A DNA stretch of 63,332 nt, counting the filler, from Sphacelaria rigidula (Eukaryota): NCBI GenBank assembly GCA_964200075.2. It is 7 parts of 7 records of this genome, joined end to end, with 100 filler letters (N's around TTAATTAATTAA, not from the genome) between each part and the next. Parts side by side here need not be neighbours in the genome. Positions count along the whole stretch, not along the records: positions 45,311 to 54,271 come from CAXNAA020009641.1; positions 54,372 to 63,332 come from CAXNAA020009642.1; 5 more parts are not named here. One strand, given 5' to 3'. A program made the translations under genes and the position numbers. The notes under the pieces are model-generated. The model worked only from the letters and a program-made list of their open reading frames with translations, had not been told where the DNA came from and did not search any database. The first letter of the stretch is position 1. Each line of letters opens with the position of its first letter. This document shows, piece by piece, positions 48,299 through 61,426 of the stretch.

Positions 48299-48900
48299 TT
48301 GGTGCCCATGTACAAGCATGACTATGAGTTCCGGCTGCCGATGTCTACAACGACAGTGATCGGTCGCGCGTATATCTACATGTCGCCATCATACCGAACT
48401 GCCACACACAACACAGCGAGAGGTTGCAGAGGGAAATGTTGTGGACGTGGTGTGGCTAGAAGGAATATCCAACGTTGAGGTAGTGGCAGTTCCCGAAGGA
48501 AATCCACGTGAAGCGGTACTTGTTTGGTTGTATTCAATAGACTGGCACTACAGTACAGTGAGCTAGAGTCACAACCCGTCACGCAACATGACACGACACT
48601 ATCTCAACTCCTTTTTTGCTACATTTTTCCACTCTTGAACCCCTACTTGGTGCCCATGTACAAGGATGACGGTGAGTTCCGGCTGCCGATGTTTACGACG
48701 ACAGTGATCGGTCGCGCGTATATCTACATGTCGCCATCATACTGAACTGCCACACAACACAGCGAGAGGTTGCAGAGGGAAATGTTGTGGACGTGGTGTG
48801 GCCAGAAGGAATGTCCAACGTTGAGGTAGTGGCAGTTCCCGAAGGAAATCCACGTGAAGCGGTACTTGTTTGGTTGTATTCAATAGACAGGCAGTACAGA
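48299..48900. repeat. ~250-bp direct duplication (48299-48555, 48647-48900)
   Basis: TTGGTGCCCATGTACAAG...GTATTCAATAGAC repeated at high identity. Confidence 0.9.
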
Positions 48901-51900
48901 CAGTACAGACAGTACAGTTCTGACCTGTACTGTCTGCACAGTTTACGTGTTGGGCCGGTTCATCGCCAACAAATTGCAGCGCCAAATCTGGCAATAATGG
49001 TGTTGTACGGGGACGATCACCCGATTCGCCGCCTCGCTTTTTCGTCACTCATCGCCTCTACGGACATGTTCTTCTCCACTTGCTTCGATGTACTCCCACC
49101 ACCTACCGTTTCGGTATACCCTGCGCAGGTGAACACTTCCGACATGCACGTGCAGTGCAATACAGCAACTACTCCACAAACACCGAAATAAATCGAAATT
49201 GGAAGCGTCCTGGGTACAGGGCAATCTATTCAATATAATGGCGCACTTATTCCTTTCTTGGATGCGCAGTGATTTTCAACCAAGCAGAGTTCTCTCGCTC
49301 CCACAACACACATGCTTCTCCGGAATGGAAGTCGTTCGCTTCTGCACTTAGGATTCACATGTGCCTTGAGTAGCTCAAAAGCAAGAAGTTGTGTTGCGTC
49401 AGTTCTTTCGGCCGGCCGCACGGCGATGATTCGACGGCTGGATTACGGCTCTCATCTCGCGCGGTAGATCAAGAAAACCTCCCATGACGCGATTCAATTG
49501 TCCAACCTGCTGTATCAGCACATGCCCGTACTCCCAAGGGATAGACCAATGCACGAAGGCAGCCATCACTAACACTACTACTCGTACTACGTTGGGGAGC
49601 GGCGGTGTAGTTCTCTTGATGTATGGTACACACTGTAATGGTAATCGGATGAGTATTGTCTGTATGGTACACACTGTAATGGTAGCCGGATGAGTATTGT
49701 TCTGGTTTATCAGTGACAGGTGTTTACGTCCACTTGCCTTCGGGCAGCCGTAGTGTATACGTACCTAATACTGAGATATGGTATTGCAACGTAGCACAGA
49801 AGTATAAGGAGATTGTGTCACTACGACGTTGCTAAGGTAGACGCAGCTGATAACTGGCAGTTCTGTTATCGAATTTGAATGAAATGATCGGTTGAGTAAA
49901 CCTCAACAAACTGCGAAATGTTTGTATCATCTGTCAGATAGCTACAACACTTCCTGGCTCTGCAGATATGCTTTGCTTCTTGACTCGGTCGCTGTGCAAT
50001 ACCGTAGTAACCTTCAACGTACCCCTCCTGCCTGTACAACTGCCTATACTCAAGTTGACATTACCATACTATTGAAACTGTTATGGGGGTGAATGAAGGC
50101 CTTACCGACCAAAAATCCGTTGTCAACAAGAAAAATATGAACGCGGAGGGATATTGAAGACGTATTGAGACGTCATTGACTGGTCGGACCTGTGCCGTAC
50201 CTCTGCCGAACCGAAAACACGCTCCATCCGAAGTTACCTAGGTTCAGTAGGCGACAGCTGTAATGTTTTCATCGCATAGTTCTCGATACAGGAAGCAAAC
50301 CGGCCTGTGGCACTTTACAGCCCCCCGCACACACACTAGATCTATTCAGTGCCGCGGCGGATTTGCCCAATTCGCCACAGCGGATCCGAAAAGCCCCCGA
50401 ACGTCAAAGAAAACGCGTTTTTTAGTACATTTTGGCGGTTTGCAAAGTGCTGCGGGCTCCTCGGCACGCGTTACGGAAAGCCGCCACGCCGCTGAGTAGT
50501 TCTGGTGTGTGGAACACGCATCAAACCGCAGTCCAATCCTCTGCTTCGTTGCCGAAATATCTGCGTTGAAAGATGAGCACAACAACATACTGCAACAAGA
50601 AGGACACAGCAGCAACACGAGCAGCAGCTGCTATCCTCCTTTGGTTGTAACCTTGTGCACAGGTGCACAGCAACGTCGATCACAGGGTTGTTGTAAAATG
50701 TAGTATAGCAATAGTGCATTTTGTATGAGCGCCGTCGTCATTTCGAGTGACGTGTGTACTTGCGGTTGATACTGACTGGCTCATTTAGGTTTTATTTCTT
50801 CTGCATTCAACTGACTGTGTAGTTGGTTGGTCCATTTTCCCTGTATATAGTGCTCAAAATCGGGCCCCACTTACCCCCATAGCTGTATCGTACTTCCTGT
50901 CGCCATCACCCTGGTATCTAGTGGATGACCCCCTGAAGACGGTTGCGTTTAATTCCTGACCGGCACATGGTAGAGCACCCCACTGCACGGTGCACGATCT
51001 ATTGCCATTATCCATGGTGTCTGGGGGTAACCCCGCCTCGTCCACAATGAACATTTCAACGATGCCTTGAATGGTGGGGGTGTGATGATGTTGGTGGTGG
51101 TGGGGGGTGCCTTGCCTGCCGTCCCTGCCGTGGGCAGGGCGCCTTCCGCACAGTGGTGTTCCGCCCAGCACAGACTTGACATTTCTATCAACGCAGTACG
51201 AGTACCTACTGAGAGAAATATACCTTCAATAAAAGCCCGAGACACATCCAGTGCACCGAGGCCTAACGTTATTAATCGTTTCCACAGATGAGAAATCTAA
51301 GGCCAAGACGAAGCCACGGGTAGTACAGCGCGTGACTTCTGTGCGGTCGTCTTTCAGATTCTAGAATAGAAATGCTCTCATGTAGCAATGACGTCGGTTT
51401 TTGATCCTGTGACATCGGCACCTCAGCCTTCATCTACTTCCCTGACCACGGCTGCACGCTATCGTCAAACATACCAAGAGTGGGGCGGTGCGGGGTGTAC
51501 AGCGAACACCGTATTTGTACAGCAGGTTAACCTGTTGTGCCAGCTTGTCGGAACTAGTAATTATTGGTTCATGCGCGACGGTGGGTAGAATCGAGAGGGA
51601 GCTCTTAGAGGAGAGAGCTATGATTAATCGATTACTCGTCGCGCATAGTAGCTGATCTGCTACGAATGAATCCGTTTTGACAAGGAAGACGTACCCAAGA
51701 TAAATAATCGGGAGCACCCGCTGAAAGAAAGTCGAGAAACGAAAAAGACGAAGCAGGGAGAACAACCAGAGTAAACTATGGCGGAGAAAAGGAAGAATGA
51801 AAAGGAAAAGGGAGGACAAAATGCAAATACGCCAGACAAAGTTCTGCTCACCGGTCGCGGGGGGAAAACCCCCCGGCAGGCCCCTGGCCCACGGCGTCAC

Positions 51901-53260
51901 ATGAGGAAATCGTTCAATAACAAAACAAAACAAGGGCCGTGAGGGTGGGTTGCGATTCAGATATGCAAGGGCAGGAGCAAGGCAGAAATACTATTAATAA
52001 TACGGCCTCAGAACATGCAAAAAAAGGCAAACGGAGGAAAGGAAAATAGGCTGCAGACGCGTTCTATAGGTTTGTCCCGGTATGACTGAGTAAACCCTTT
52101 CTTGATTCTACTGGCTTCACCATGTCTTGTCTTCAGGGTGGTGGTAAGAGCGTGAACCAGACTCGGGCGGAAAACTGCGCGTAGCACTCGCGCTGTACTA
52201 GCTAACGTGTTCCTTCACTCCACGCTTAGGAGCTTGCTAGCAGCTGCCAATCATGCCCACGATTTTGCTGATAAGCCCGTGAAGTTGGTGCGATATTCGC
52301 CGGTCGTGGTTTCGTCTTCACGTTTAATTGCGACCGATCACAGTTGATGACATGACACATCCCACGTTTGTGCTTACCAGCTCGACAACCGTGACGTTGT
52401 TCTGGGGGAGACTAGGTTTGCTGAAATGGCGTCATCACTGCCGACGTGCAGTTCGTGCGAGCTGCGTCCCTTTATCGCTTTACAAAAAAACATGCACCCT
52501 ACCAACGACGCACGCCCTCGCGTGGATCGCCGCCGACGTATGAAACACGACACCGGTGGGATACCGACGGTCTCCCTAATGAGCATACTCCAGATTGAGG
52601 TAACGCCCCCGGCAAATCTGACACCAACGTAACCGAGAAACAAGGAGGGGAGTATCTGAGCTTCGGCGATCCGGTCCAATCAAGCTTCCATACAAATACG
52701 AGAAGTGCGTCGAGTACAGATGATCGGGCCGTCAGCCACTCTTGGGCCAGATAGCCCAAGCGTATGGGCCGGTCTCATGGGCAACAATCCTTCTGTCTTT
52801 TGCAAGCGACCAGTTCTGTTCGACTTTTTGTTTTGTTCTGTTCCTTCTTTTTTTCAGGGCGTGTTTCAGCTTCGTTTTTGTTGGGTACGTTTATCATGAG
52901 ACCACGGCTGGACCCCTGGATGGTCACTTAAAGTGCGACAATCAATCAATCAAAAGTTGTTGATCCGTGCTACCCCCCATGGCAACTCTCGGCTTTTGAC
53001 AAGACTTTGGAACGCTCCAACATGCCATGATTCCTTGCTAAATCTGTCGACATCTACCACACTTGTACGACCAAACAAATGTACGATATGTGTCCAGGTG
53101 GAAAAGGAGATGCCGAGGAGAACGATGTGGATCGCTGGATGCTGGTAGGGGAGAAACTAACAGCAGAGGATAAGCTCTCAGAGGAGGCGAAAAAGGTTTG
53201 GCGTTGAATCGCATTTCGATATGTCAAGGAGACCTTGGATGTGCGGCCATCCTGTAATCA

Positions 53261-54118
53261 TCGTATACTACTATATAAAATATAGAGCGAAGCACGAGAG
53301 CGCAGCGTTCGCGGTAATGTGGGATTTTCCCTCATTTGTCCCCGTTTTCCCCCCCGCGTACGGACGCAGGGTGTCGAATGTTCGCTGCTGGGTATTCGTA
53401 TGATGAGTATCAACCGAGACAGCAAGTCTGGCACAAGTTGCGCCTAAATTTGTTAACGCAGCAACACCCGGGAGTGGTCACTGAACCGAAGTGAGAAGAG
53501 GCCGTGTCTCTTGGGACCGGTTCTAACTCCAAATCGAAATCCCAACCGATGCTCGTCAATTCGCGATCGCAGCGACTCCCAGCCTGCGGAACGAAAACTC
53601 GCCAGTTGGCACGACGCGTAGACTAGTCCTTCGGTATATCATTCAGTGTATATTACTCCGGTTGTCGCCCTTTCATGCGAGGTTTCGTTGGGGAGAGTAT
53701 GTATGTGATGTCTGCTTCGAAGGCGTGACTTCGCCGTGTGGCGGGAACTCTGTTACAGGCTGCTCTTTCTTCACTATAGTGTACACGTATACACGTATTC
53801 CGTGGGCATGTGTCTGTTGAGTTCATTGTCGCTACCCCGCGAACGGGAGGTTTTTTCACAGTACAACACAGCGTAGACCAATCGCGCAAATTGGCAACAA
53901 GACACTCAAATTCACGTCCGAAGAAACAGAAAAATGCACCGCGCTTTGATCTCAGCTGGGCTGCACCTAACTTCCTCCAAAATCGAAAGCGGAGCAACGA
54001 AAGGACAGGGGGCGAACGTCCACCTAGCAGCACGCAAAAGGGGTCAACAAGTCATGTCCTGCGACAACGAGAAGGTCAAACCACCTCTGTGACCAAATGG
54101 GAGGTATTTTCGCTCTAG
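53261..54118 (+). mobile_element. Possible non-autonomous Helitron
   Basis: A|TCGTATACTACTATATAAAA 5' end; CTAG at 54115-54118 preceded by a weak hairpin (alternative CTAG|T at 53623-53626). Confidence 0.45.
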
Positions 54119-54498
54119 CTGCTGAATTTTGTACAATATAGTACCTCCTCTACTTTACGCGAGGGTGCGTGCGTGCCGGAGGGGGCAAAAAGCAACGAAA
54201 GACGAGCGGGCTGTAGGAATCGGGGGGGGGGGGGGGGGGGGGGGGTGGCCGTTTTTTCACCGCCAAAAACANNNNNNNNNNNNNNNNNNNNNNNNNNNNN
54301 NNNNNNNNNNNNNNNTTAATTAATTAANNNNNNNNNNNNNNNNNNNNNNNNNNNNNNNNNNNNNNNNNNNNTGGTTTACAGTTTCACCTGAACCGTAACA
54401 AATAACATTCAAGTCGTGCCGCTTATACAGTCCAGTATCTTTTAGCGGCGATTTCAATCACACACGAAGAACTTAGACTGTCCTGTCTAAAATTGCAA

Positions 54499-54709
54499 CA
54501 TACTGTGTGAGCGGACCGCGTGCTTTCTAAACCACATCGGAGTTTAAAACACCCCGGGACCGATGCTTCTCAAGACCCCTAGGGACATTTCCTGCAGGGA
54601 CCGCGCCCCTGACCCTACCCTTATCTCTCATCCTCACCCTGACCCTGATCATAGGAATGTTTCAAGTCCGACGCGGTTCAAAAAGCACGCGGTCCGCTCA
54701 CACATTACA
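54499..54709. mobile_element. MITE of the telomere-repeat family, diverged
   Basis: TGTGTGAGCGGACCGCGTGCT...AGCACGCGGTCCGCTCACACATTACA with CCCTGA/CCCTA hexamers. Confidence 0.75.
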
Positions 54710-57224
54710 GCACCCAGCACTGTACCTTCCATGGTGGCCACGTGGTCACAAGTCTCTCGAACTATTTCCTGTTTTTTTGCCGTTTGTCAGCAAGATATAA
54801 AGACGACAATTCAAAAGACGGCGGTCGACGGGTGGAGCGATCATTTAGACGGTTCTGATCTGTGCATTATTTGCGGCCTGCTCGACAAGGAGCTTCTTCC
54901 ACGCTCCATTCGCTGCAGCAAATGCGGAATAGAAGTGGACGAGGATGGTATGTATTCGCCTGGTCGAGGAAAGTTGCCTATCGTATGCGTCAAAACCCTT
55001 CCGCTGCCAAATAGCGACTGTTACCCGCGTAGCATCTCCACACACAGCCATTTCACACGTTATTAGCGGTCGTTGGCGAATGTGTTGCGGGTGCGCAGAT
55101 GTCTCCACGCCGAACACACTCGCTTCCATTTTTCAGAAGCCCATCTATTGCCTTCTCGTGTCTTTGACAGAGGACGTCGCTGTCCAGCTCCACGACAGCA
55201 TGTCGATGTTCTGCCGTGAGTGCAAAGATCGCCAACGCCGCGGTGAATATGTCACGACCAAAAACTACGTCCGCCATAGCCCGTACGTGGTGTGCGACGG
55301 CTGCAACTGTTCCCTACACGAGGTCAGTAGCGGTCGCGATGACATATTCATGAACGTATCGTCGCATTTGGTGCATCTCCCGTGAAGTGTAGAGCCACTG
55401 CACGTAGTCAAACACGTTCTATTGCAGTATTTTGTGCACGTCTCCCGGAGCGAGCATGGTTGGTCATGTTTCGTGCCCAGCAAGCTCCATACCCTCTCGA
55501 TCACGCTCGACGTGTTGCAACCTTCGGGACATGGCGGTAGCAGGCACATCGGTGAATCTGCAGCATCGCCAACCCGTTTCCCTGGCTCGCGTATGATACT
55601 CCACTCACTGTACTCGACGTATTGAAGGACTGCGCTCTAGTGAACTCGAGAGCAGAAGGGTACGACCGGCATCCGTACTTCTGCTCGTATTGCCGGTTGG
55701 CCACGGCATTAGGTGCTGAGCACACGAAGGTGAGGCTCTCGGGATGGCAGCATTGTACTCGATCCGTTTGTGATGATGTTCCGTGGTAATGGCCCACATC
55801 TATGTGGTGGTTGATACTTGAACAGCAGCGTGCGTGGAACGTTCGCAAACTATGCTTATCCCGCTACTCTCTGCGTTGACAAAGCAAACGAATATCCCTC
55901 TCTCTTCTCGTGCCATGTTTGCGCAGAATACGGACTTGCTCAAGATAAAGCCGTCGGATTGCCTCGTCGTCGTCGGTGACGACTCGAGTGCAAGCGGAGC
56001 TCATCAATCGTTGGTAAGTTGCCTTACCATATTCTGGAGAGCTGGGGGTATTGTTGGCATCGAATCGCCGATGAACTCCTTCGGTATCCTGTGCATTGCG
56101 AATTTACTCACCACGGCAGTGTGGGATAATGCGGCAATGGTTTAATGCGCATACGCAACAATGGTCGCATTTTCTCTGCCACAAAAAGGGTCAGCGCGGG
56201 CAACAACCGATCGTGCTCACTATTCAGACCGGTTGGATTACCGGCCAACCCTGTACAAAGCGGTTCGTGCACTACTTGATTCAAAACCTTTCCTATAGTA
56301 CGGTAGCTATGTATCTCCAGAACCACGCGCGACGAAACGGACCTTACTTCAACGAATACAACAGGTACCCTCAGAAATCGACGTTTTCCCCGAAAACGCC
56401 CTCACCAGAGGAACGGAGAAGATGATCCGCAATTATGTGCGCGACCACCTTGACACGGCTGAAGCAGAAAAGCTGAAGTTCAGGCTTCTCTCCACCAAAA
56501 CGGTAAGGCTCCCTGCTGTCCACCGTCACGTGTTGCCTGTAGAGCTCCACGTAGGTGCTCAATGCCGAGCACGTTTCTTGTTCTCCTACTGACAAACACA
56601 GTGGTGTGGAAGGAGAGAGCGCAGCGTGATGGACCCGTACTCTACATTACTGGACTTTCGAACAGGCTATTCGAAGGAGGATAGCCGACCAACGAGGAAA
56701 TGTTCCGAACGCAAACGAACAACCACACTCTACATATTTTTCTGGAGCCGCCACTTTCGACACCTTCTTGAGCCCAGTTTGCTGTTGCAGCGCCCTTAGG
56801 TATCGCCTGTCTAGCCAGACCCACGAGCTTCGCACGCCTCATCGCGTACGTTTTGACGTCACTATTTCTGTATTAAACCCGCAATGAACCACAGATTGAT
56901 GAACGCTTTTGGAGGTCCAGGGTGCTTTTTCTAGATATGTGTACGTGTACCTGCACTGAGTGCTGCGTATCTTTCGAGCTAAATGCGACGGATGAGCCAG
57001 TTAGGTTTAGAGGGGCTGACTGCCGAAGTTTCGGGATAGGCTTTGCCCTTTCCTCCGGTCAGTCTAATTTGTCTTGTCAATGTCTTCATCTTCATCAAGT
57101 CTAAACTACACGGGGTCAGTATCGATGAGGATCAGCTTTTACTCGTTTGATCTAGTGAATGTCAGGGTGTTCGATTTCACGAAAAAATGGGCTCAAAGGT
57201 GATGCATCATGAATACCAAGTACG

Positions 57225-58370
57225 AGACGATGATCCGGTCCACTGCGAAACGCTGTCGTTTCACATCCACCGAACCTGCACAGAAGACGTCGAACAGTCA
57301 CGGGAACGAATCGTATCCTTGCCGAAGTCCCCGGCGTACATGAAACCACTCTCTTGGATCGCCACCATTTGGCTGAACTCGATCTCGCATCGTGGAACAT
57401 AACGATGATCTTGAACTTGGGTACCAGTATTCTGGACCGGGCAGTACTTCCCGCACATGCGTGCAATCCACGGAGTCCGATGCCCCCTGCAGGTCGATGA
57501 AGCATCTGTTTGGTCTTGCTCCTGCAGTCGGCACCCTACGAACATGATGCTGCTGGTCGATCACTCACGCCGGAGTCCGCGCTGCTCTTCCGCGATGGTC
57601 CCTGCCCCCTCGCAAAAACCACCGAGCCTGTTGGCTACAGTATCGAGGAGAACTATGCGATGCTAGCATGTGCCGCGAGCGAAATGCCGGTGCAGTTTCG
57701 ACGCTCAGCCCCATCCATATTCTTGAGCATCTCTTCGATAGTATCCTTCCTGCGATAGTTCGCCAGACCTCCACACAGTTTCGATGATGCCCTGTACGTG
57801 GTGAAGAATTTCTTAAGGCTCCACGACCGAGCCAAGCTTGGGGAAATCAGCCAGCAACTTAGCTGGTCCCGTAAATATTGCCATCAGGTGTAGCTTTCAG
57901 GGTCTCCCTCATCTTCATCCAGGTTTGGTGGATCCGCAAGTGGTGACGCTTTTGGCCTCGGCGACATGCTTTCCAGAACGGTCGGATTAAAGGTTGCCGA
58001 TGTTTTGCTCAGCAGGGTACAAAGATGCAGTTCCCATCTCTCACAGGTTAAAACTTTACATCGTACAAGTCCCCACCCCCGTCTTTGATTATTACTATCT
58101 TTGCAGCTTTCGTTTCGCCAAGTTCCATCCTCCGTTCAGGTACCTACATCAACCTCCCATACCCCCAATCGTTATGCCTGTATACTCTTGAATCATTCAT
58201 CTAGCTACTGCCCACCCCAGCGCAACGGATTTGGACCTCTTGCAAGCTATTCGCATATTGCGCTATGTGGGACTATCTCACGAAGCGATTCGCATCTCGC
58301 CCTGTCCCGCTCACTCCAGGTATCTTCGAACTTCCCTCCGATCGCAGCATCGTCGAATCACCCATTCATG
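57225..58370 (-). pseudogene. RTE-clade LINE reverse transcriptase remnant
   Basis: Across frames: TLLSKTSATFNPTVLE, NCTGISLAAHA, VANRLGGFCE...EEQRG, MFVGCRLQE, CFIDLQGASDSVD, EWFHVRRGLRQG; colinear with non-LTR RT domains 0-4. Confidence 0.85.
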
Positions 58371-58965
58371 GATATTGGGATATCGAACCACGTATCACTA
58401 CGGTACGATGAAGAATCTTTTGGTGTTCGATATCTGTGAACTTCTGTATGTTCCGGCCAAGCCGAAGTGAGGGCGAAGGGAGCGGGCTCGAGCAATGAGC
58501 GGGCGAGCGCAGCCGAGTCCGTTCACTGTGCGCCCCCCCCCTCTCCCCCTTCCCTCCCGTCTGGCTAGGGAACCCCGCGAAGGGCGCCGCTGGAGGGAAG
58601 AAAATGGGGTTGTTTGTCCTTCTTCCCATCCGAATTGGCTTACTATGATCGAGGGCTCCTAGCCCAGGAGGAACAAACGTTTCCGGGTTTGTGAACACCC
58701 AATGATCACTAGGGCCTTACCCCATTCGGACCGCAAAAATAGCAAAAAAATTGTCCCCAAAAAAAACGAGCATACTAAGAAAAATGACGTTTTCAAAAGA
58801 AGCGTCACCAGAACTACGCGGAGGATTTCCAGCAGAGTCAGGAGCATGAAACACAGGATTTCACGAGTCGCGGATGGATCTGTTTTCGACGATGAGCTTC
58901 GAGAACTGGAAAACTTCATAAAAATCGTCATTTTTTTCAAGAAATGCGCACCCTGCCGTCCAATT

Positions 58966-59337
58966 ACCCCGGTGGCTCAGCAGGTAATATCGAAAGCCTC
59001 TGAAGGTTGGGTCGTGGGTTGAATCTCGGTGCAGTCACACGATCGGGGATTTTTCTCACACTACGCCCCCCAACAGTGGAGAGCGTCTATGTCGTGGGTA
59101 CACAAATTCGACTTTGCGGGTCGACAAGGGAAATTAACCGCTGGTCCCTTTTTGTGATGAAGAAAACAAGGCAAGCACCACAGAAGGAAGGTTCAATACT
59201 GAAACAAAAGAAAAAGGAAAACAACCCTGTGTTGATCTTCCTCCTGTGTGACCCCGGCTGATGCGTCCGCATATACCGAAATGTGTAGACCGGCGTCCGG
59301 AATGAACGAGATGACAGCACAACACACAACACACACC
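58966..59337 (+). mobile_element. tRNA-derived SINE
   Basis: A-box TGGCTCAGCAGG, B-box-like GGTTGAATC, conserved body, CA-rich tail. Confidence 0.8.
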
Positions 59338-59723
59338 TAGAACAATACAAAAGCTTTCATACCGGAATATGGGTATATATTGCCGGCATAATACACATAT
59401 TTATATACATATTGATACTCTGGGACCGCAAACGTATTGCCCGCCCAATGTATAATTGATGTCGTCGAACTGCAAACATTTTCCCCGCCCAATACATATT
59501 GACACCATGGGATTGCATACATATTGCCCCATCATTATGTATTGGGGCCGTGTGGGCGACGACATAGTGCATGGCTAGCATATATTGGGCTCAAAATGGT
59601 GACAACACGTTGACCGTAAGTATATGTTAGGGTCGTATTGATGACAACATATTGCCCGGTGGATACATCGATCTCGTTGACACCCTGAAAGCTCCAACAA
59701 GCCTTGCAACGTACACTTGATAA

Positions 59724-60087
59724 TGTGTGTGAGTTGTCGTCCCATCTATTCTGGATGCCGGTCTACACCTTTCGGTATATGCGGGCGCACCAGCCGGAGT
59801 CACACAGGAGGAAGGTCAACACAGGAGCTTTTGATTTTTTACTTGTTTTTGTTCTTCATACCTTCCTTCTGCGGTGCGTGCCTTTTATTTTTTTTATCGC
59901 GAGCGGGGTTCAGCGCTCCCAGTTCCCTCGTCCACCGTTAAGTCGAATTTTGTGTGACCACGACATAGTCGCTCTCCACTGTTGGGCATGGTGTGAGAAA
60001 CAATCCCAGATCGCTCCAAGATTTGAACCCACGACCCAACCGTCAGAAGGTTTCGAGGTTACCAACTGAGCCACCGGGGCGACCGGT
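59724..60087 (-). mobile_element. tRNA-derived SINE
   Basis: Minus strand: GGTGGCTCAGTTGG (A-box)...GGTTCAAATC (B-box); homologous to 58966-59337. Confidence 0.85.
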
Positions 60088-60966
60088 TATGTGATATATT
60101 TTCTGTACAAGATGTCGACGCGTCGGTGGTCTGACACATATGTTGGCCGGAAAATATGGTAACAAGAGGGGCGACCCGGTATATATGCCTCTTAATACCT
60201 ATCTGGCCACCGATGCGGTGCCATTCATCCCCTCACAGTATGTAATATATACGTACACAAATTGGCCGCACAGTACGAAGGCAGAGAATGCGGTCGGTCG
60301 GAGCCTTTTGGTACCCCTCTGATCACCGGTGCTGTATTGCTTGTACCCTGGGCAATACAATGCGTTCCAATGTGATGCAAACACTGTACGTTGGAAATAA
60401 CTCAAGCACCATCCTCTCAATATATTATATTATATAGTGTGTCGAGATCTTCTTGGAGACAATGAAGCGACAGTGCATACTTTTCGTGTCATCATCGTGA
60501 AGTAATGCATGCCAATATGTACTGGACATGTACTTGCTACGGGGAGAAATTATTAACCCCATATTGTTCATGCCGGCCGTATATATTGAACTGTCGAAAC
60601 ACATTGAGTCAAAGCGACGCACAAAATATTGTGATGATGTATATTGAACACAAATAATGCAAATTAATGGTTTCCCCCATATATATCGCGCACACTATCG
60701 CAAAGCTATTGTGCATTCAATATACCTTGGACACACTCGCAAAGGAATGTATTGAGTGTTCTCTGCATCTGGGGATGCAACTTTCAATCGTGTCCGTGAA
60801 AATAAAAGTGCCGATCATATTAATTTCTGAACGGTTTCCAATAAACAAATTGAACCAGTAATAGATACGGCTATACCACGCACATTAGGACGGCCGATTC
60901 CCTCGTGTTTCTTTCGTCCAATATATCGGACGCATTGACGCATGATATGCTGAGGCGGCAACGTAT

Positions 60967-61426
60967 AACACTATATTCGTGAGATTCAGAACGTAGTTTC
61001 AGATTCAGAGTGGATGCTCCAGCGTTCCTGACAGTTTTTTTTTTTTTCTTGAGCGCACGCGATGTGCATGCAGCTACCGTACAGTACCCCATTCAAGGAT
61101 TTCAGCGGTCTGGTTAGTGAGATACCGCACGAAGCATTTTTACGCCTGGGTGGCATTTCGGAACTAAAACTGTTCCAGGCACTAACCGGTTTTCCTGAAA
61201 GAGGGGGTCTTTTGTTGCATTGGACTATTGGACTGACCACGTCGTTGCGATCAAGTGATGTGTCAAATTGATCGTGTGGGTGACAGCTTTCATTGAAGCC
61301 ACCGCTTCACCAGCTGGGCGCATTACTCCTCGAACTGTGGCGATGTCAAAATCGACCGGAAAGTCGATTGTTTCGGGTCTCCCTCTGAATCTGAAACTAC
61401 CCTCTGAATTTCACGAATATAGTGTT
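60967..61426. mobile_element. Non-autonomous TIR element, AACAC...GTGTT termini, 4-bp TSD GTAT; another right end at ~40-83
   Basis: ~45-bp TIR AACACTATATTCGTGAGATTCAGA..GTAGTTTCAGATTCAGAG; GTAT at 60963-60966 and 61427-61430. Confidence 0.85.

Noticed and set aside
50925-50975. Hammerhead ribozyme (CTGAAGA + stem)
   Set aside because: The conserved GAAA core after stem II is missing (GGCAC) and stems I/III are not evident.
54845-55129. piggyBac transposase C-terminus (GFDAYDRQL)
   Set aside because: Only superficial similarity to GGVD..DQ; no other DDD motifs, TIRs or TTAA sites recognised.
58040-58130. Tudor-like motif AKIVIIKDGGGDLYDVKF
   Set aside because: Colinear with the pre-RT region of the RTE LINE remnant.
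58966-59030. tRNA gene (also 60020-60087)
   Set aside because: A/B boxes are present but there is no intact cloverleaf, and they continue into a shared repeat body with a CA tail: SINE heads.
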